A DNA stretch of 64,000 nucleotides from Podarcis liolepis (taxonomy: Eukaryota), in assembly GCA_965112155.1 (NCBI GenBank), contig OZ218103.1; one strand, given 5' to 3'. Shown one piece after another: positions 11,501 through 25,877 of the stretch. Under the pieces are notes generated by a model that saw nothing but the letters and a program-made list of their open reading frames with translations, was not told where the DNA came from and ran no database searches. How positions within the stretch are numbered: the stretch's first letter is position 1; every line of letters begins with the position of its first letter. The translations under genes were made by a program, and so were the position numbers.

Positions 11501-12604
11501 GTGGGTGGCAGAATCTATGTGGCACTCCCAATTGCCTCATTGACAATCATGTGATGGCTGCAAAATTCATAAGGTTGGATAGAGAGCTGCTTTTTTGTGA
11601 ATGGAAAGGACTGGAATCCAGGAGAGGCTCTTGCTGAAAGGAATTGGGGCAATTTCACCATTCCCCATCTTCCATGTCCTCTGGAAGAGCTTTTCAGGGT
11701 GAAGTCATCCTGGGCTCCTGCAGTCTTAAATGGAATTCTGCTTATGGGAAGTCTGGATCCAGCTCATAGCTTAAATTTACCTTGAGTTAGCATTTATATT
11801 GCCAATTCACATGTGGCTATAAAGGTGATGTCTACGTAAACAGATGGCAGTAAGATACAAAGTAATCTATAGCCCCATAATAAGATACTGTGCATGTGGA
11901 TGCATATATCTATTGATATTTCAAGAGGCATGTAGACAGTTTGCGAGGGCTCAGGTGCATTGAAGATGCCTCTATATCAATAGTGGTTATGGGCATAGAT
12001 TAATCTTACTGAATTAGAACAAATATGTTTGGAGAATTTGAATTTTTGCAAGCAAAAAGGATCGGACTGCACTGCAAAACGGCAACATCGCCACACAAAC
12101 CCAGTTCTGTTAATCTTCCCCTGCTGATAAACGATCCAGGGTGTCCTCTTTGAAACCAATGATGTGGAAATATTAGCACTAAGAACCAGGTCAGAACACA
12201 CAGCCATTAATGAATGGTGTCTCCAACTTCTACAGTTTAAAATGGGGGAGCTGTAACTTTAATACACAATATAAATGTATTTTGGTTTTAATTTCTTTTT
12301 CTATAAAGGGGGAGAAAAAGTGAACCAACTCAAGCCATCTGAGCCTCATCCAAATCCCATCATTTGTGTGTACTTATATATAAAATGATATAGAGATCTA
12401 TTAACATAAACGAAACCCTCTTGTAAGCAATGCATGATGCCTAGCCAGTATGTAAGTAGCAGCAGCATGCGAAGAGCAGAACCCATAGACCATGTGTGTC
12501 ATTGCCCATTTTCTAGAATACAGTCAGGCTACAGAGTTATTTTTAAAATGTGGTGTGAATGAATTTATTTTACCTAATAAGATGGGGGGAGGGGACTGTA
12601 AAAA

Positions 12605-12675
12605 AATAAATAAGAGAGAGTGGTTGTAACAATGTAAGTTTATTTTCAATAAAAAGTAATAATTTTTTTAATAAA
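12605..12675 (+). terminator. Cluster of polyadenylation signals for SYT2
   Basis: AATAAA at ~12605, 12648 and 12670 in AT-rich sequence. Confidence 0.6.
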
Positions 12676-15074
12676 AAAGCAACAAAGCATGCCTGATCCA
12701 TTTAAAAAAATATTCATAGAAGCGTTGTATGGGGTGGGGTGGGGAATACAACACCAACAATATGGCAGTGGATTTCATCAGTGTGTTGTAATCTATATTT
12801 ACAAAACTGTAACTTGTTGCATTTTTACCATGTCCTAGTAGCAGCAACATTGCCGCTTCAATGTTCTGTGTCGTGCTGAAGCATTTCACTGTTGAAGCAA
12901 ATTTAGAAGCCATATTAGATCACAGGCTGCCAGGATCCTGAAACTGGGATTGGCTGACAGGTGATCCCCAGTCTCTCCTCTCCCTCGCTAATGTTTCCCC
13001 GCCTCTGTCTTTGTCTATTGTGCCGTCCATGTCTTACGTTATTCCTGGGGACGTTTGTGTATGACAGAGACCCAGCTTGGAGGCTGTGGCTTCACTTTGG
13101 GTTGGAGCTCTGAAGGAAAGCCGTCAAGTATAGGCCTTTCGACACTGGCTGCGAATAACATCGTTCTGACGTTCTTTCTTGCTCAACAGTCAGGATTAGC
13201 TTCAGCATTTGAGGCAGCCATTCAGGGATCAAAACACCCTGGCAGATCACATCGGTGCTGGTGTCTCTTTTAACCCTCTTGTCCACCCATCTTCCCCAGT
13301 TGAAGGCTTATCCGGTGGCAGTGGATGGATCTGGGAAGACCACTGTTAATACTTTCCCATGATGCCCTGGAACACCCAACATAGCATTATGGGAAATTTC
13401 AATGGTTCTTAGCCACCTCAACTGCTACCAGATAAGCCAATAATGTTTCTTAAAAACCACAATTGGAGTTTTTAAAACCACAATTGGAGCAGTGGGCAGG
13501 CATGAGGAAGGTCTATAGTTCCTGTATCAGCATGATGTGTTCATCTAGAGCAGGAGACCCTCTGGGTGTTTTCAGACTCCCAACTCCATCAGTCTCAGCC
13601 ACCTTGAGCTGTAGTCCAGTAATGGCTGGATGACACCATGCCCAGAGGAAGTTTTGGGTAGTGGATGGGAAGGATTCAAAGGGAGTAGTGCTCACCTTGG
13701 GGAGGAGAATAGGAAGTGGGATAGTTTATTTCAAGCTAGGCCAGACAGCGACCCTGTTTAGGCAAAACTCTCACATCTTCTTTGAATGCATGTTTAGCAG
13801 AGCAGGAAGGGGCACACCTGCATTGGCTGTGATCCCCCAACATGCAGTTAAAAGTCTGAACATGGCCCATTGATACATGGCAGGGCTTCACAGGAATCTT
13901 ATCTGGTCAAGCATTTCCCACTGTGTGTTCACTGCCAGTGAGGTTTTGTCTGAACAAGGGGCCGTCTGTGGGAAAAAAGGAAAATGGTGGCATCCTCAAG
14001 CGATGAGATTGCTGGGCCCTTTAGGCTACTTCTGTAACACTCAGTTCTGAAAGGAATTATAGGACTATTTTTTGAAAAAGCCTCTGTTCCAAGTGATTGT
14101 TGATCCAAGTTTTCTGGCCATAGCACTACTCCATGAGGCGTGTGTTGTCAATGAGCTTGGCAAAAAAACAACAACATAGTGCGAACTGGGCTTTATCTCA
14201 GCTTATCACCAGCGCTATAAAACTGCAGGATGACATCAAAAAAGCGGCAGGTAGCAGGAACGTTATGAATGGATGGAGTACAGATTTGGACATGATGACC
14301 CAGGTCACAGCAGGCTGCTAAAATCTGCTCCTATCCTTCATGCAGGTGTATAGGGCAATGTGGCAAAGTGGGATTGTTAAAGGCAGCACTTCAAGGAACA
14401 GTTTGAAAAGTTGGCAAGTCCATTTGAGGGGTGGCAGATATACAGAACGTAAACTCAAGAGGTGGCCTAGGTGATACACACCCACACATCCAAAAAAAGG
14501 CTAGAGAAAGGCTTCAGACCTTTGATATTCTGAGGCAAGGTTTTTGCTTCCTTTGCCTTCTTTTCCAGCCAGGCTCTCTGTCACATACAAACGTCCTGAA
14601 CCAACTCATTTCTTGGCCCCACTTCATTCCCACCATTTCTGGTGCAGCCTGAGCTCTGCAGCACTGACCTCCAACCCCCACCCCTCTCTGCAGGAAGCTG
14701 CTTTTAATGCTCCCTTTCCTGTCCTCATGTGGACCGTTTCTGTCTCTATTGTTAAACTGTTATTTTGTAATGATATGCGTCTCCTTATTAAAGAAACTAG
14801 CTGAAAGACCCAGCTGTTCTCTGTTTTCCTGTTATTTACATAAGTGCTTTTTTCTTAATAGGAATACTTATTGGGTCTCAGAGTTAGGAGAGACTCAGCT
14901 GGAGGACAGAGATCCCATGTTCAAAAGAAATTTGTGGATAGTGAGGGGAGAACCATCCCTGTTTGCATTTCCAAAAGAACTTACACAGTAGAAACATCCA
15001 ACAGGCAAATCAGTGATTCAAGTGTCAGGCGTTATACCTTTCTCATGGAGTCATCTCATATATTACATCCAGTG

Positions 15075-15355
15075 TTGTCGTCTTCTTCCTTGGCAATCAC
15101 TTGTAGCCGACGAAGATTGTCTTCCATGAATATGGGCTTAACAGTGTGTCCATAGACGACTGTGGAGGCCAATTCTGGATCTGCACATCTTTCTACATTG
15201 GGGACATAGGTTTCCGGGTAGGAGTTGATAGCGGTGAGGATTTGCCAAACGTGCCTTCCTCTTAGCTCGTTTCTCCCTTTCATCCCGAGTTCGTGCTTCA
15301 AAATCCTTGATGCCTTTGGTTGAGGCTGCTCTCCAACTGCAGCGCTCGCAGGGAG
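15075..15355 (-). mobile_element. RTE-clade LINE 3' fragment
   Basis: ORF end ...WRAASTKGIKDFE...CPQCRKMCRSRIGLHSRLWTHC* matches the RTE C-terminal CxxC..SRIGLxSH motif, followed by a short 3' UTR and a GAA-like tail. Confidence 0.8.
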
Positions 15356-15752
15356 TCATTCCATCTGTTACATCCACTGTTGTAGAATTCTGCACTGTAC
15401 CAATGCAGACTGCAGGGGAGAGCCTATTAATGCTCTTCCCATATTAGCAATTTTTGAAAAGGCCATGGAGCAAACTACCAGGGGAAGAGGACTGCCCTTT
15501 GCCCAGTGGCTAATTTGCTATATGCAGGCAGCTTTTAATTGTTGTGGGGAAGGGGGCTGGCAGGGGGGCCCACTGAAGACTTCATTACTCTAATTACAAA
15601 ATAGTTTCAAAATAATTGAAAATCCTCACAACAGGGCATAAAATGTAGCTTCTGTTCTATTCATTTCTAAAAAGTATGTGTTGGCAAACATTCAACTCAA
15701 GCAAAGGCTTTCCACTTTTTAGTCAATTTCAGCTCCCATGTATGGAAGGCAT

Positions 15753-15815
15753 AGGTAAAGGTAAAGGGACCCCTGACCATTATGTCCAGTCATGGCCGAC
15801 TCTGGGGTTGCGGCG
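15753..15815 (-). mobile_element. Sauria SINE, 3' fragment
   Basis: (AGGTAA)n tail and GGGACCCCTGACCATTA, as in the full copies. Confidence 0.8.
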
Positions 15816-16169
15816 TTAGCCATTAGATATAAAAACGTGGCATATTGCCATTGTTTCATTCACATGTCTCTTTATCACAGTTCAACAGCCCCTTCATATT
15901 GTCCTGGTCCATATTTCCAATGGCAAGGAAATGTAGTAAATGCTAAGTTAAGAGGGATGATAGGATCTACATCACTTGGCTCCTCATGCAGTTTCATTGA
16001 GACTTTCACGTGTTGCTATTATTTTCGGCCACTGCATCAAGTTTCCCATCTGACTAAGACAAATGTAACCTTAGTTCAAAGCAAACATTCATGAGGAGAT
16101 GAGGAAACTTCTACTTCCCCCAGTGACTCACCAAAGCATCCTGAGACCATGCTCTCACTATTAAGATAG

Positions 16170-19100
16170 ACTCAGGCTGTGTTAAAGCACTTTATTCATT
16201 TATAAATACTGTTGTGTTTACAAGCATCATAGATGTGAATATTATCCCCAAACTTTCAAACATATACTTAGAATACTATATAACAATCAAGAAAACAAAA
16301 ACCATTCATCTCAAGAGTTTGAAAGGCCACTCAAAAAATTGCATAAAAATACATTCTTTCTCATCACTCACAGGCTAGTCTTTTCTCCAAGTAGTGTATT
16401 TACAACAATCTGTAAAACTCTCCTTAAAACAGGTAAGTACAGAATACTTGCAGCTTGGGAAGTTAGCGAGCCAAGTGCATAACACCACTCTTTTCCACGA
16501 GTTAGCATTTGCAGAGGGGACTTGTTACTAGATTCCTCAACAACATGATGGAAGCAAGGGGGAGGGGACAACACAAGAGGCCCTGTGGCAACAGCTCGGG
16601 CTGTGCTGTTTTTCGAGAGTATTTACTGAGAACACCCTGGAAGTCACATACGCCAAGGGTCCGATTTGCCCCAGGAAAAGAGAGAACAGTTGTCAGGGGA
16701 AAGGAACAGAGGAAGAAAAGAATTGCCCCTAGGAATTGGGTTAAATTTCACCTGTGAGCTGCTTGTGGAGTTAATCTTGGTAAAAAGCCCTTCATGGAGC
16801 ATGCTGCTTCTAGGAGAATCATGCAAAAGGATTTCCAAACATGAAGGTGATCATGATCCAAACCTAAGTCACTCAGGGAAAAGGCCTTGGGGAGTCTGCT
16901 AGCTTGAAATAAACTTAAAATTGCCTTTTGAAACAGGCCCCTTAACATCGCTGAAGGAAGGAGTACATCCAAAAATGCTGGACTTTGAGCTGAGAAGCTG
17001 CCTTGTGTGATAGGTGGGCTAATATGGCAGGAGTGAAGTAGAATAAAGGAAAACAAAGATGAAAGGGGGCATCAGTGTGAGTGCAAAGGACAAATTTCTA
17101 TCTCGGGGTGGGCGGGGGGAGACATTTCTGCCTTCTGACTCACTTGCAAGGAGTCCCAGCAAAAGATGATCACTCTCAGATACAGATGAACACCCATTCA
17201 AAAAAATTGGAGACATGTTTGTTAAGGAGAATCTGCATTTGAATCAAAGTGGGAATTTGGAAGTCGTCCAGAAACGTGCTAAGACCCTGCTCACAAACAA
17301 CTCTCTAATTCAGAAAGAATTATAGTGGTTATGTGGGAAAGCAAACATGATACAGTAGAAATCATCTCTCAAGTATATTTTGATTTCAATCATGATTTCT
17401 ATTCACTGTCAGTAAATCCAAGGCCTTGGCGACCTACCATCACTTGGCAATGGCAGAATTGGCAGGGCAGGGGAGAGATATTCAGTCAATATCCTTTGTG
17501 GGGAAAAGACTACATTCTGCTCTTTACCATCTACAGGCATACAGTAAGCTCACCAGCCTTGGGAACAGACTAGCTATTCCCTAATGATAAACAACTGTTA
17601 AGCCTCCCAAGTACAGTCAGGGAGTTGAATACGACTTGACCTATTGGCAAATAGCATCATGGCGAGACTTAACATTCCTGGTTATCCCATGAGAATAAGA
17701 CTTTTAAATGCTAATGAACAGCCACCGACTGTATTGTATCCACAGCCCTTAAAAGAAGTCAGTCCTATGGCATCAAATACTTTGCTATCAGATTTCTATA
17801 GACTGGCTTCTGATAATAATTATTCCTACGTGGACTGGAAACCACCAATAAATCTGAAATTAGCTGATTTGATAAAACACAGTGCACTCTTAAACCCTGA
17901 CTTGCTGAAGATGACTGACTGAATTATATCTGGTCAGATCTCTAGAGTCATTCTTTAATTCCTTCCATTAACAGTAAATCAATATGGACAGTGCACAGAT
18001 GCTGCATCATCAGCTGTCACAAAATACAGATCAAATCAAGTACACATGCTCTTGCAGCTCTAAATCTACCCCCCCTTAAAATTCCATTTCCATTCCACTG
18101 GTTAAGAGTTCTCTGCATATGACAGCTGTTCATCCATATTATTCATGTTGTACTTTAGCAGTACAACACAACTTCCTTTAATGCAAGGCATTCAACCACA
18201 ATATGTCAGCTCTCAATACTACTTCTGTATCTGCATTTGTTTCCTTCAACTTGGCCCTTTTTGCATGCCTCTAGTTTCTTCTGAAACTTTGCTTCAGACC
18301 AACAAGCCACCGCACATAAACCTCGCGTTCACAATTTGCAAGCAATGAAACCTGCTCCTTCCTTACTCCAAGCTCTGCTTCTTATATCAAAAAAGTTGCA
18401 CTGGAACTTCAACACAGATGTGGAAGAGGTTTCTAAGACCTTCGACATGCAAGTACGTCTTAGGATGTACACTGAGCTGTAGAAGCTTCTGGGAGTAAGA
18501 AAGCAGTGAGGCAGAAGAGTTTAAAGAAAAACCACCCAGTGCCTTCCAGTTAAAAGCTCTCACAGCTCACAGAATAAACTTGCAGTGCTTTCTCCGCATA
18601 ATTTGTACTTTATGTAGAGAATATTCTAGCAGACTTCACACTTATAACTAACATTATATAAAATCCATTGGAACACTAAAACGCACCAGTACAAAGCAAT
18701 CATAATTCAGTAGCAGTAATATTTTCTCTCTGGGTTTTTTTAAAAACAGGCATGAATTTGCTTATGAGTGGACTGTCCTGAATTGTCTACTCCCTTGGTT
18801 AAAACATTGTATTAAAATAATAGCCTGCATTTGAACAATCATATATCAGCTTAATCAATCAAGATATGATTTTGCTCCTGTACACAGCCCCTCGGCTGCT
18901 CCCTTTTGAGTGAGTTGTGTTTCAACAAGGGCCTCTATTTACCAGTGTTTTCCAGTTTGTGAAACTATGGCTACCAGCTTTGGAACAAGACAGGATTGTC
19001 AAACCAAATTCAAACTAAGATTTAAGATCCAGGCTTCCCCCCAAGTTATTCCTGGTTTAGTCACAGCTTGGACAAAATAACAGCATGATGGGGGGGCGGG

Positions 19101-22044
19101 GGGCAGAACTCTCATTCATACCTCAGTTTTTTAAGATGAGATGGTTGTCCAATCCAGGCCAGTGTTAACTTTAATACTGGAATAAAAATGGGTTCTCAGG
19201 TGATTGGTTTAGGGAAGCCTTACTAAGGAAGACAAAGCTATGTATTAAAATAAGTAAAAAATTGATTATCTGTTACATGACATGAAGCCCAGAATGTCAA
19301 GACACAGGATACTTGGAGGACAACACTGATATTGGTGACCCCCCCAAATAATCTGCTTAAGTAACTTTCAGTAGCACTAGACATCATAGTGTTTTGGCTT
19401 GTCACGAGGATTAATTTGCTCACATAATTTCAGGCTGGACAGAATTCAAGTTTAAATATCAAATCCCAACTTCATAGGTCACTATCCTTCATGCTGTATC
19501 ACTGTGGCCATCTGTGGTCCTTCAGATGCTGCTGGACTTCAACTCCCACCATCCCTGGCCATGTTGTGTGGGGCTGGGGGGAACTGGAGCCCTCCAACTT
19601 CTGCAGGACCACAGGCAAGCCATCCTTGCTGCATTAGCCACCATAGTCTGTGTCTTTTAAGGTCCGCACAATAAACTGTGAGATATACTTAACCTACTAT
19701 ATGCTTAGTGAGAACTGGCAACAGGAGAATGTAGGGATCATTATAGAAAGGACCATAAGCACCAGATGCCTGCTCCTTCTGTGCTGTTAAATGGCAGAGT
19801 CTGAAAAAGTTCAGCCAAATACTCTCACCAGTGTAAAATCAGCTAGACTGGTGAGCTAGAATGCTTGAGCTGGAAGATACCACTCACAGAGATCAGTGCA
19901 TGTTGTGGCCAGTATAAAACAACCCCCACAAGCCTTTCTAGCTCTGAAACAAGGTTGGTAGGAAGGTAACTGTTGAAGAAAAGCACTGGATGTAAGAAAA
20001 GCAACACATAAAATTAGTAGAGTATAAGAGGTTGTACCAGGTAATTTATCTGACCCATCCAGAATCCTGACTATCTGCTGTTCTTAAAATGAAACATAAT
20101 GTCAGAAAATATTTCTGGTGCTTCTTTCTTTTTTTAAACAATAGTTTGCTAGGAACTCGGAGTTTACCTTGTTTCTGTTCAAAGGGACAAGCTATGTTCA
20201 CCATACTAGAAGCCTGAATTAGTCTTTTGAGGTGCTTCTATGTAAAGATGATATCCACTGGTTTTTAACTGAATTCATACAGTTCTACTCAGAAACAGAG
20301 TGCAAACATATGGAGTCTCCATATTTGAGTGAAACAGATTTCTAATTGTGCAATGGGACTTCCAACATCCTCTCCTTCCTTCTGAAGTCCCTGGTATGCC
20401 CTCAAACTTGCTCAAGGGTTGAGGGGCCCCTCTGGAGATTCTGAGAGTGCATGGGGGTAAGAAAGGAAGATGAAGTCTTGCTGAGTCTCTTTGCACAATT
20501 CTGTCTTCATCTCAGAGCTGATTTGTAACTGATCAAAAAAGCACCTTCCCCCTCTGATAAATGCTGAATTAAATGTCTGAATTTCTACTGCTCACTTGTA
20601 TGCTTTCAAGAGTAGTTATTCTCAGATCCCAAAGTTCCTTATTTTAAATAATTGTGAGAATTAAAAGAATGCAGGGAAAGAACAGAGCAAGTCCACTGGC
20701 AAGTTGCCATATTGACAGGAAACTCCTTAACAGGTTCTGCAGATGAAATCTGGTTCTCTGTAGTATCCAGAAGAACAGAGCGGGCAAATTAGTTGCATCA
20801 TGATAACCAATAAACATGAATCCGTTCATTTCCAGTATGCAGAGAAATGGCTTTTTGAGAAATGTAGGTCCTGCTGTTGATGCCCTCATTAAATGCAAAT
20901 TCATGTCTTACAACTGCGCAAATGATCACGGTATCAAAATTCTCAGACATCATAGAATGCTACTGTAAAGACTTTCCACCAAGATGGAGGCTCATCATTT
21001 TCCACAGGGATATGCACATCTATCCATCATCCCTCAAACCTTGCTGTTGTTAAAACTGAGAACACTCACCTATTCAACGGAATGCGTATCCATTGGCAAG
21101 TTAACATAAATGTGATTTGTTTGCCCAGGTCTTTTGTGAGGTTTTTCATGTAGAAAAACCAAACATCTTGCTAATAAAGAAGTATTTTGGCATTGTGTCT
21201 ATGGGATTTCATTCAATAAGCACTTTTTGCTGGTTAGCTCTCTTTCCACCAGAAGTCTTGAAAAATCAAGGGGCAAACTGTTAGCCAAAGAATGCAGAGG
21301 CTGTGAGATCACGTTATTATTAAACAGTACCAAAGAAGGCACCCATGGAAAAAACAGCAAGAACCATCAAAGGGTAGCAGGCAAAAGTGAAGCAAAACAG
21401 AAAGGGGAGCCAGTGATTGGATCCCCAAATTAAATTATCAAAAATCTTACATTAAATAAATCAGTTAGCTACTGAGACACATGGAAAACACGAGTCTCCA
21501 AGCCAAGTGACTGTTGTCAGACTCCCAGAGAAATAAGTCATCATGGCTTTCACCAGCACCGCAGACTTCCAAATTCCAGAATGGAGATTGATAAATCCTC
21601 AGTGGCAATTCCTAGTTTCACTCATTATTCCTACTCCAAGACAGTATCTTAAGACATGTTGGGTCAACGCTATGGAGTCACTTCTATATCACTTATTACA
21701 GTAGATTCTTCTTTACATCAGATTATGGTGGACGGATATGGAGCTTACAGCAGATCGTTTGGGCAGCTCAGAAGGTGCCAACCCAGTCTTTGTCCCTTCA
21801 AATGAGTTACTTCAACATTCCAAAAATATTAAAACATGGCAGGGCATGCTATGTTGGGGGGAAGGATAAGCACTGTGCAATATGGGAATGCCTAGCAAGG
21901 TGCAAAGAGCAGTGAAGGGTGGGGCTAGCTGATCCGTGTCTGAAATGCCAGCTGCTCTTTCAACTGGAAGATCAGAAGCAGGTGGCAGGGTTGGCAGCAT
22001 GTGCACAAATATCTCCTCTTTCTGCCCATCCTATGTTCAATATA
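16170..22044 (-). other. PPP1R12B: Probable long PPP1R12B 3' UTR
   Basis: Lies between the terminal-exon stop and the candidate poly(A) signal, and is repeat-poor. The extent is inferred. Confidence 0.5.
16191..16196 (-). terminator. Candidate polyadenylation signal for PPP1R12B
   Basis: TTTATT on + (AATAAA on -) in an AU-rich block ~5.85 kb downstream of the PPP1R12B stop. Confidence 0.5.
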
Positions 22045-22131
22045 CTACTTCGAGAGTTTACTGATGACACGGATGAGGGCTCCATTTTCATCTTTCAGCC
22101 GCTGATTGTCGGACTTCAGTTCTGTCAAAAC
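22045..22131 (-). CDS. PPP1R12B: PPP1R12B terminal exon, leucine zipper ([28 protein letters not shown])
   Basis: Acceptor TTTGAACAG, 87 nt ending in TAG. Canonical MYPT-family leucine zipper with the MYPT2-type [10 protein letters not shown]. Confidence 0.96.
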   Translation of the reverse strand, partial: VLTELKSDNQRLKDENGALIRVISKLSK

Positions 22132-25100
22132 CTGTTCAAAGACAAGATCCAAACAATTCAGTATTGGTTGTCCTGAAATTCCTATGCAGCTCTGATGGGT
22201 GAGAAACACACGACCACTCAAACGAAAGCATTTCTAGTGTTAATCAAAAATGGATTTGATCTCAAAAGCAACTAAGCCACACCAATGAAGTGTATCCGTT
22301 TCATATTCATATCTCTAAGATTAAACATGAATTTGACTCTTTCATTCTCACATATACAGAGCAGCATCTACTTGAGTGAGTATGTTAGATTAGACGTCAC
22401 ACTCGTGGACATTTGTAAGCCCAGGAAATTATTCCCAGAAATATTATGAGAAAGAAGTACATTTTGGAGAACAATTGCAATCTAGCATAACTTGAAAGGC
22501 ATTTCGTCCTGGACAATGCTACTTGCACTCTTTTGCTTTACTTCATTTTAGGAAATGCACTTGCCTTGTAGCATTGTTCCTTCACATCTGGATAAATCCC
22601 ATGCAAAAGAAATCTCTCACTTTTAAACTCAGAAGGAAAAGTTGCATACTTTCAGAAAACTTAGGGTTGGTTCACACATTATACTTCCATGTGCAGTCAC
22701 AATTACAGCCCAACAGTGGGGTTGGGTGCGATTTCTGTTACATGCTATGTGCCTCTATTAATGTCTTTTTCAACATATGCAAGCAATAGTCAAGAAGGGA
22801 TACTTTGCTCACAAGGTCTCGGTATTATCATGCACATTTGATTCAAATCTATCCTTGCACCCCACCCACACCAGTGACTTAGGAGGCAGCAATTTATGCG
22901 GGTGGATTCACTTTTGGAAAGTGTTGGTAACCTCCAGCCAGTAGTTTTTCCATTGACAGCAGGCACCCAATTATGTTTCAGGCAAGTTATGAAATACTAG
23001 CAGCTTCATACCCGGCATTGCTCAAGAAACAAACAAACAAACAAAAAAAAAAAACCCAGAGCAGTTTTAAAAGGTTCCATCTGCATCTTGATTCAAAATG
23101 GCATCCAGTTGCATCTCAACGTAGATGAAAGCCTACTTCTTGATCTCAGGAACAACTAATCAAAATATACAGTAGATCATAGACCAAAACTGGACTCTTT
23201 AAATAAAATAAAATATCTCTTTGATTAACAACTAATTTACGAGATAAAAGTTTTGTTTTAATGCAATATATTTATATATTGCATTAAAAGTAAGGGTTAG
23301 TACTGGGTGCCTAGAAATGCTAAGTGATTTGGGGCAAGGACAACCAAGAGTGATCTATTTTGGGCCATGGCTTAAGTCTGGAATTCTTATGCCTTTACTA
23401 ATTGAGGTATGCAGCACATGGCTAATTATGACAGCTTGCTTTCCAGACTCCTGAGCATTTTGCCAACCGCTCAAGCTCCCAGGAATTCCTAGAGGTTGGC
23501 CTCTGTTGAAATAAATGACCAGGTGCTTGGCCTGATCAGGGATATTGAAATGATGCACAACCTCTAGCCCAGGGAGAAGAGACTAGGTCAAGATAAAGCC
23601 ACAAAGGACACTCCAACCATGGCAGAAGGGGGAGGTGGGCTATGTTATGTGCACCTTTCTGCACACAGACTTATTGGGAGCCTGTTGCTAATGGGAATAC
23701 ATGACTGACAGCTTGCTGACCTTGCCACTTTGACACATGATAGGATAAGAAGTACACACACTCTCCTCCATCCATGCCAACGTGGATGGCCCTTTGACCT
23801 AGCCTAGCAATGAGAAGGGTAAAGAGGCACAATCCCAAATCCTGTTCAGTGTTTCAATTTTTATACAGTACTTGGCATTCTGAATATTTAGAAAGGCAAC
23901 CACCACAGATTTACTGTCAATACTGAAGGGACAAACTTTATGATTTGCTACAGGTAACGTGAGATGCTGCAAATTTAGGACATTTTGCAACAGATGTAGT
24001 CACACTTATTTGACCAGTCAGTAGCAACAAAACCTTAATGGTGAGGTATTTCATCCCAGGTTAGCAGAGTTCTTTAATATTTGCTTGAATATCCCCAAAA
24101 ATTGCAAGCAGAGATTGGAATGGTATTGGATTTATAAAATCAGCATTCAACTTTTCTCTTTGTGGGGCCTGAATATGCAAATAGGTTTCCGGTATAACAA
24201 TGATAGCTGAACTTCATAGTTTTCATCCTGAGCTTCACACGATGGTGTGAATAGTTAATGTTATATAGGCAGTTATAGGATGAGCCTGCAAACAACAGTC
24301 AGACATACACTTTCTAGAATGTCTTTGACAGGTACAACCATTATTTTCATTTTATAATAGGAAAGCAGGGCCAAGTGAGATTATTAACAAAACTTGGGGT
24401 GTCAGAACAAGTTCTACCATCAGTCCAATGGCATCCTTCAGTAGTTCCTTCAAAGCAAATTAGCCCAAACATGAGAGATGACTAGTCAAATTAGGGCAAG
24501 GAGGACAAAATGATTAATGTGCAATTTACTACACAACACATCTGGTGTTCCCCAAAACTATTATGCAGGATTCACTACATGATATCCATTAAAATCATTC
24601 ACACTAAACACAAGCTATGAAAATATATGTATGGGGGGAACCAACTAGCTTTAGTGGTGTTTCCATGAATACCCAGAAAAGCACTTTTCTGCATGTACAG
24701 TACAAACGTAGATTCCAGGTATATTAAGTAATACAACTGTGAAATAGAAGACAATGTGCCTGAATGGTATGTCCCTGTAATGTTTAGCATCTGCAAAGAA
24801 AGATGGTACCTTATAGTGACATTTCAGTCAGATGAATTGCAACATACAGGGACAAAGTATCAAAGGACCAAATCTTTGCTTCACTGATGCAAGTTCTCAA
24901 GAGAAAAAGACTTACACTTTTGCATTAGAGCTGCTATATGTAGCAAGCATAACATGCCAACCTGTAAGACACCGAGCACATAAAACAAACACCGTGTGCA
25001 ACTTAAAAGCTTCAGGAGAGCTCAAAGCACCAGTAAAGAACATTATAACAAAACAACTGGTTTTATTTTGTTCATGTGTGCTTTGCAAAAAGCCATCCTA

Positions 25101-25528
25101 ACTGGGTAGAATCTTTATAGTGTTGGGAAAACCTGAGGCACTCTTGCTTTACTGGGGGCCACTCAATTTCCCCCCCCACCCACATAGGCCTGACCTCTGA
25201 CAAAGGCATCCTCAGGTCTTGATACTCATATCTTCCATGAAGCTATCTAGTCCTTAAAAAAACCTCCTATACCTACTTTTTCTGACGAACACATACCATT
25301 TATAAGCTTTACTATTCAATAATGGCTTTCATTAAATAAAAATGCTGCATGTTCTTTAATTTGTTGCCCTCCACATATTTAGTATTTTTTTGGGGGGGGG
25401 GTAGTTATCTATGTAGTATGAAAATTTTGTAATAAATAAACAAACATGAGGACTTGGGTATTTGTTTTGCAGTTTCCGGTACTTTCTCTCTCACAACTTA
25501 CATGCACAATTAGCAGGAAAGCTTTAAA

Positions 25529-25877
25529 AAGGTAAAGGGATCCCTGACCATTAGGTCCAGTCGTGACCGACTCTAGGGTTGCGGTGCTCATCTCACTTTA
25601 TTGGCCAAGGGAGCCGGCGTACAGCTTCCGGGTCACGTGGCCAGCATGACTAAGCTGCTTCTGGCAAACCAGAGCAGCGCACGGAAGCGCCGTTTACCTT
25701 CCCGCCGGAGCGGTACCTATTTATCTACTTGCACTTTGACGTGCTTTCAAACTGCTAGGTGGGCAGGAGCAGGGACCAAGCAATGGGAGCTCACCCCGTC
25801 ACGGGGATTTGAACCGCCGACCTTCTGATAGGCAAGTCCTAGGCTCTGTGGTTTAACCCACAGTGCCACCCATGTCC
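25529..25877 (-). mobile_element. Sauria SINE (Squam1-type), full length
   Basis: tRNA-like head with B-box, ACCTTT tail, flanking AAAGCTTTA repeats. Confidence 0.9.

Larger units (their letters stand above)
7297..12690 (+). other. SYT2: Probable long SYT2 3' UTR (~5.4 kb)
   Basis: Follows the stop codon, is repeat-poor, and ends in an AT-rich block with clustered AATAAA. The end point is inferred. Confidence 0.55.

Noticed and set aside
13451-13490. Short tandem duplications (AAAACCACAATTGGAG x2; also ~24 bp x2 at 44443-44490)
   Set aside because: Ordinary slippage duplications with only two units; not an array.
25601-25828. Recurrent ORFs 'SRRSGTYLSTCTL' (also at 37132 and 63306)
   Set aside because: Translations of Sauria SINE copies, not a gene family.
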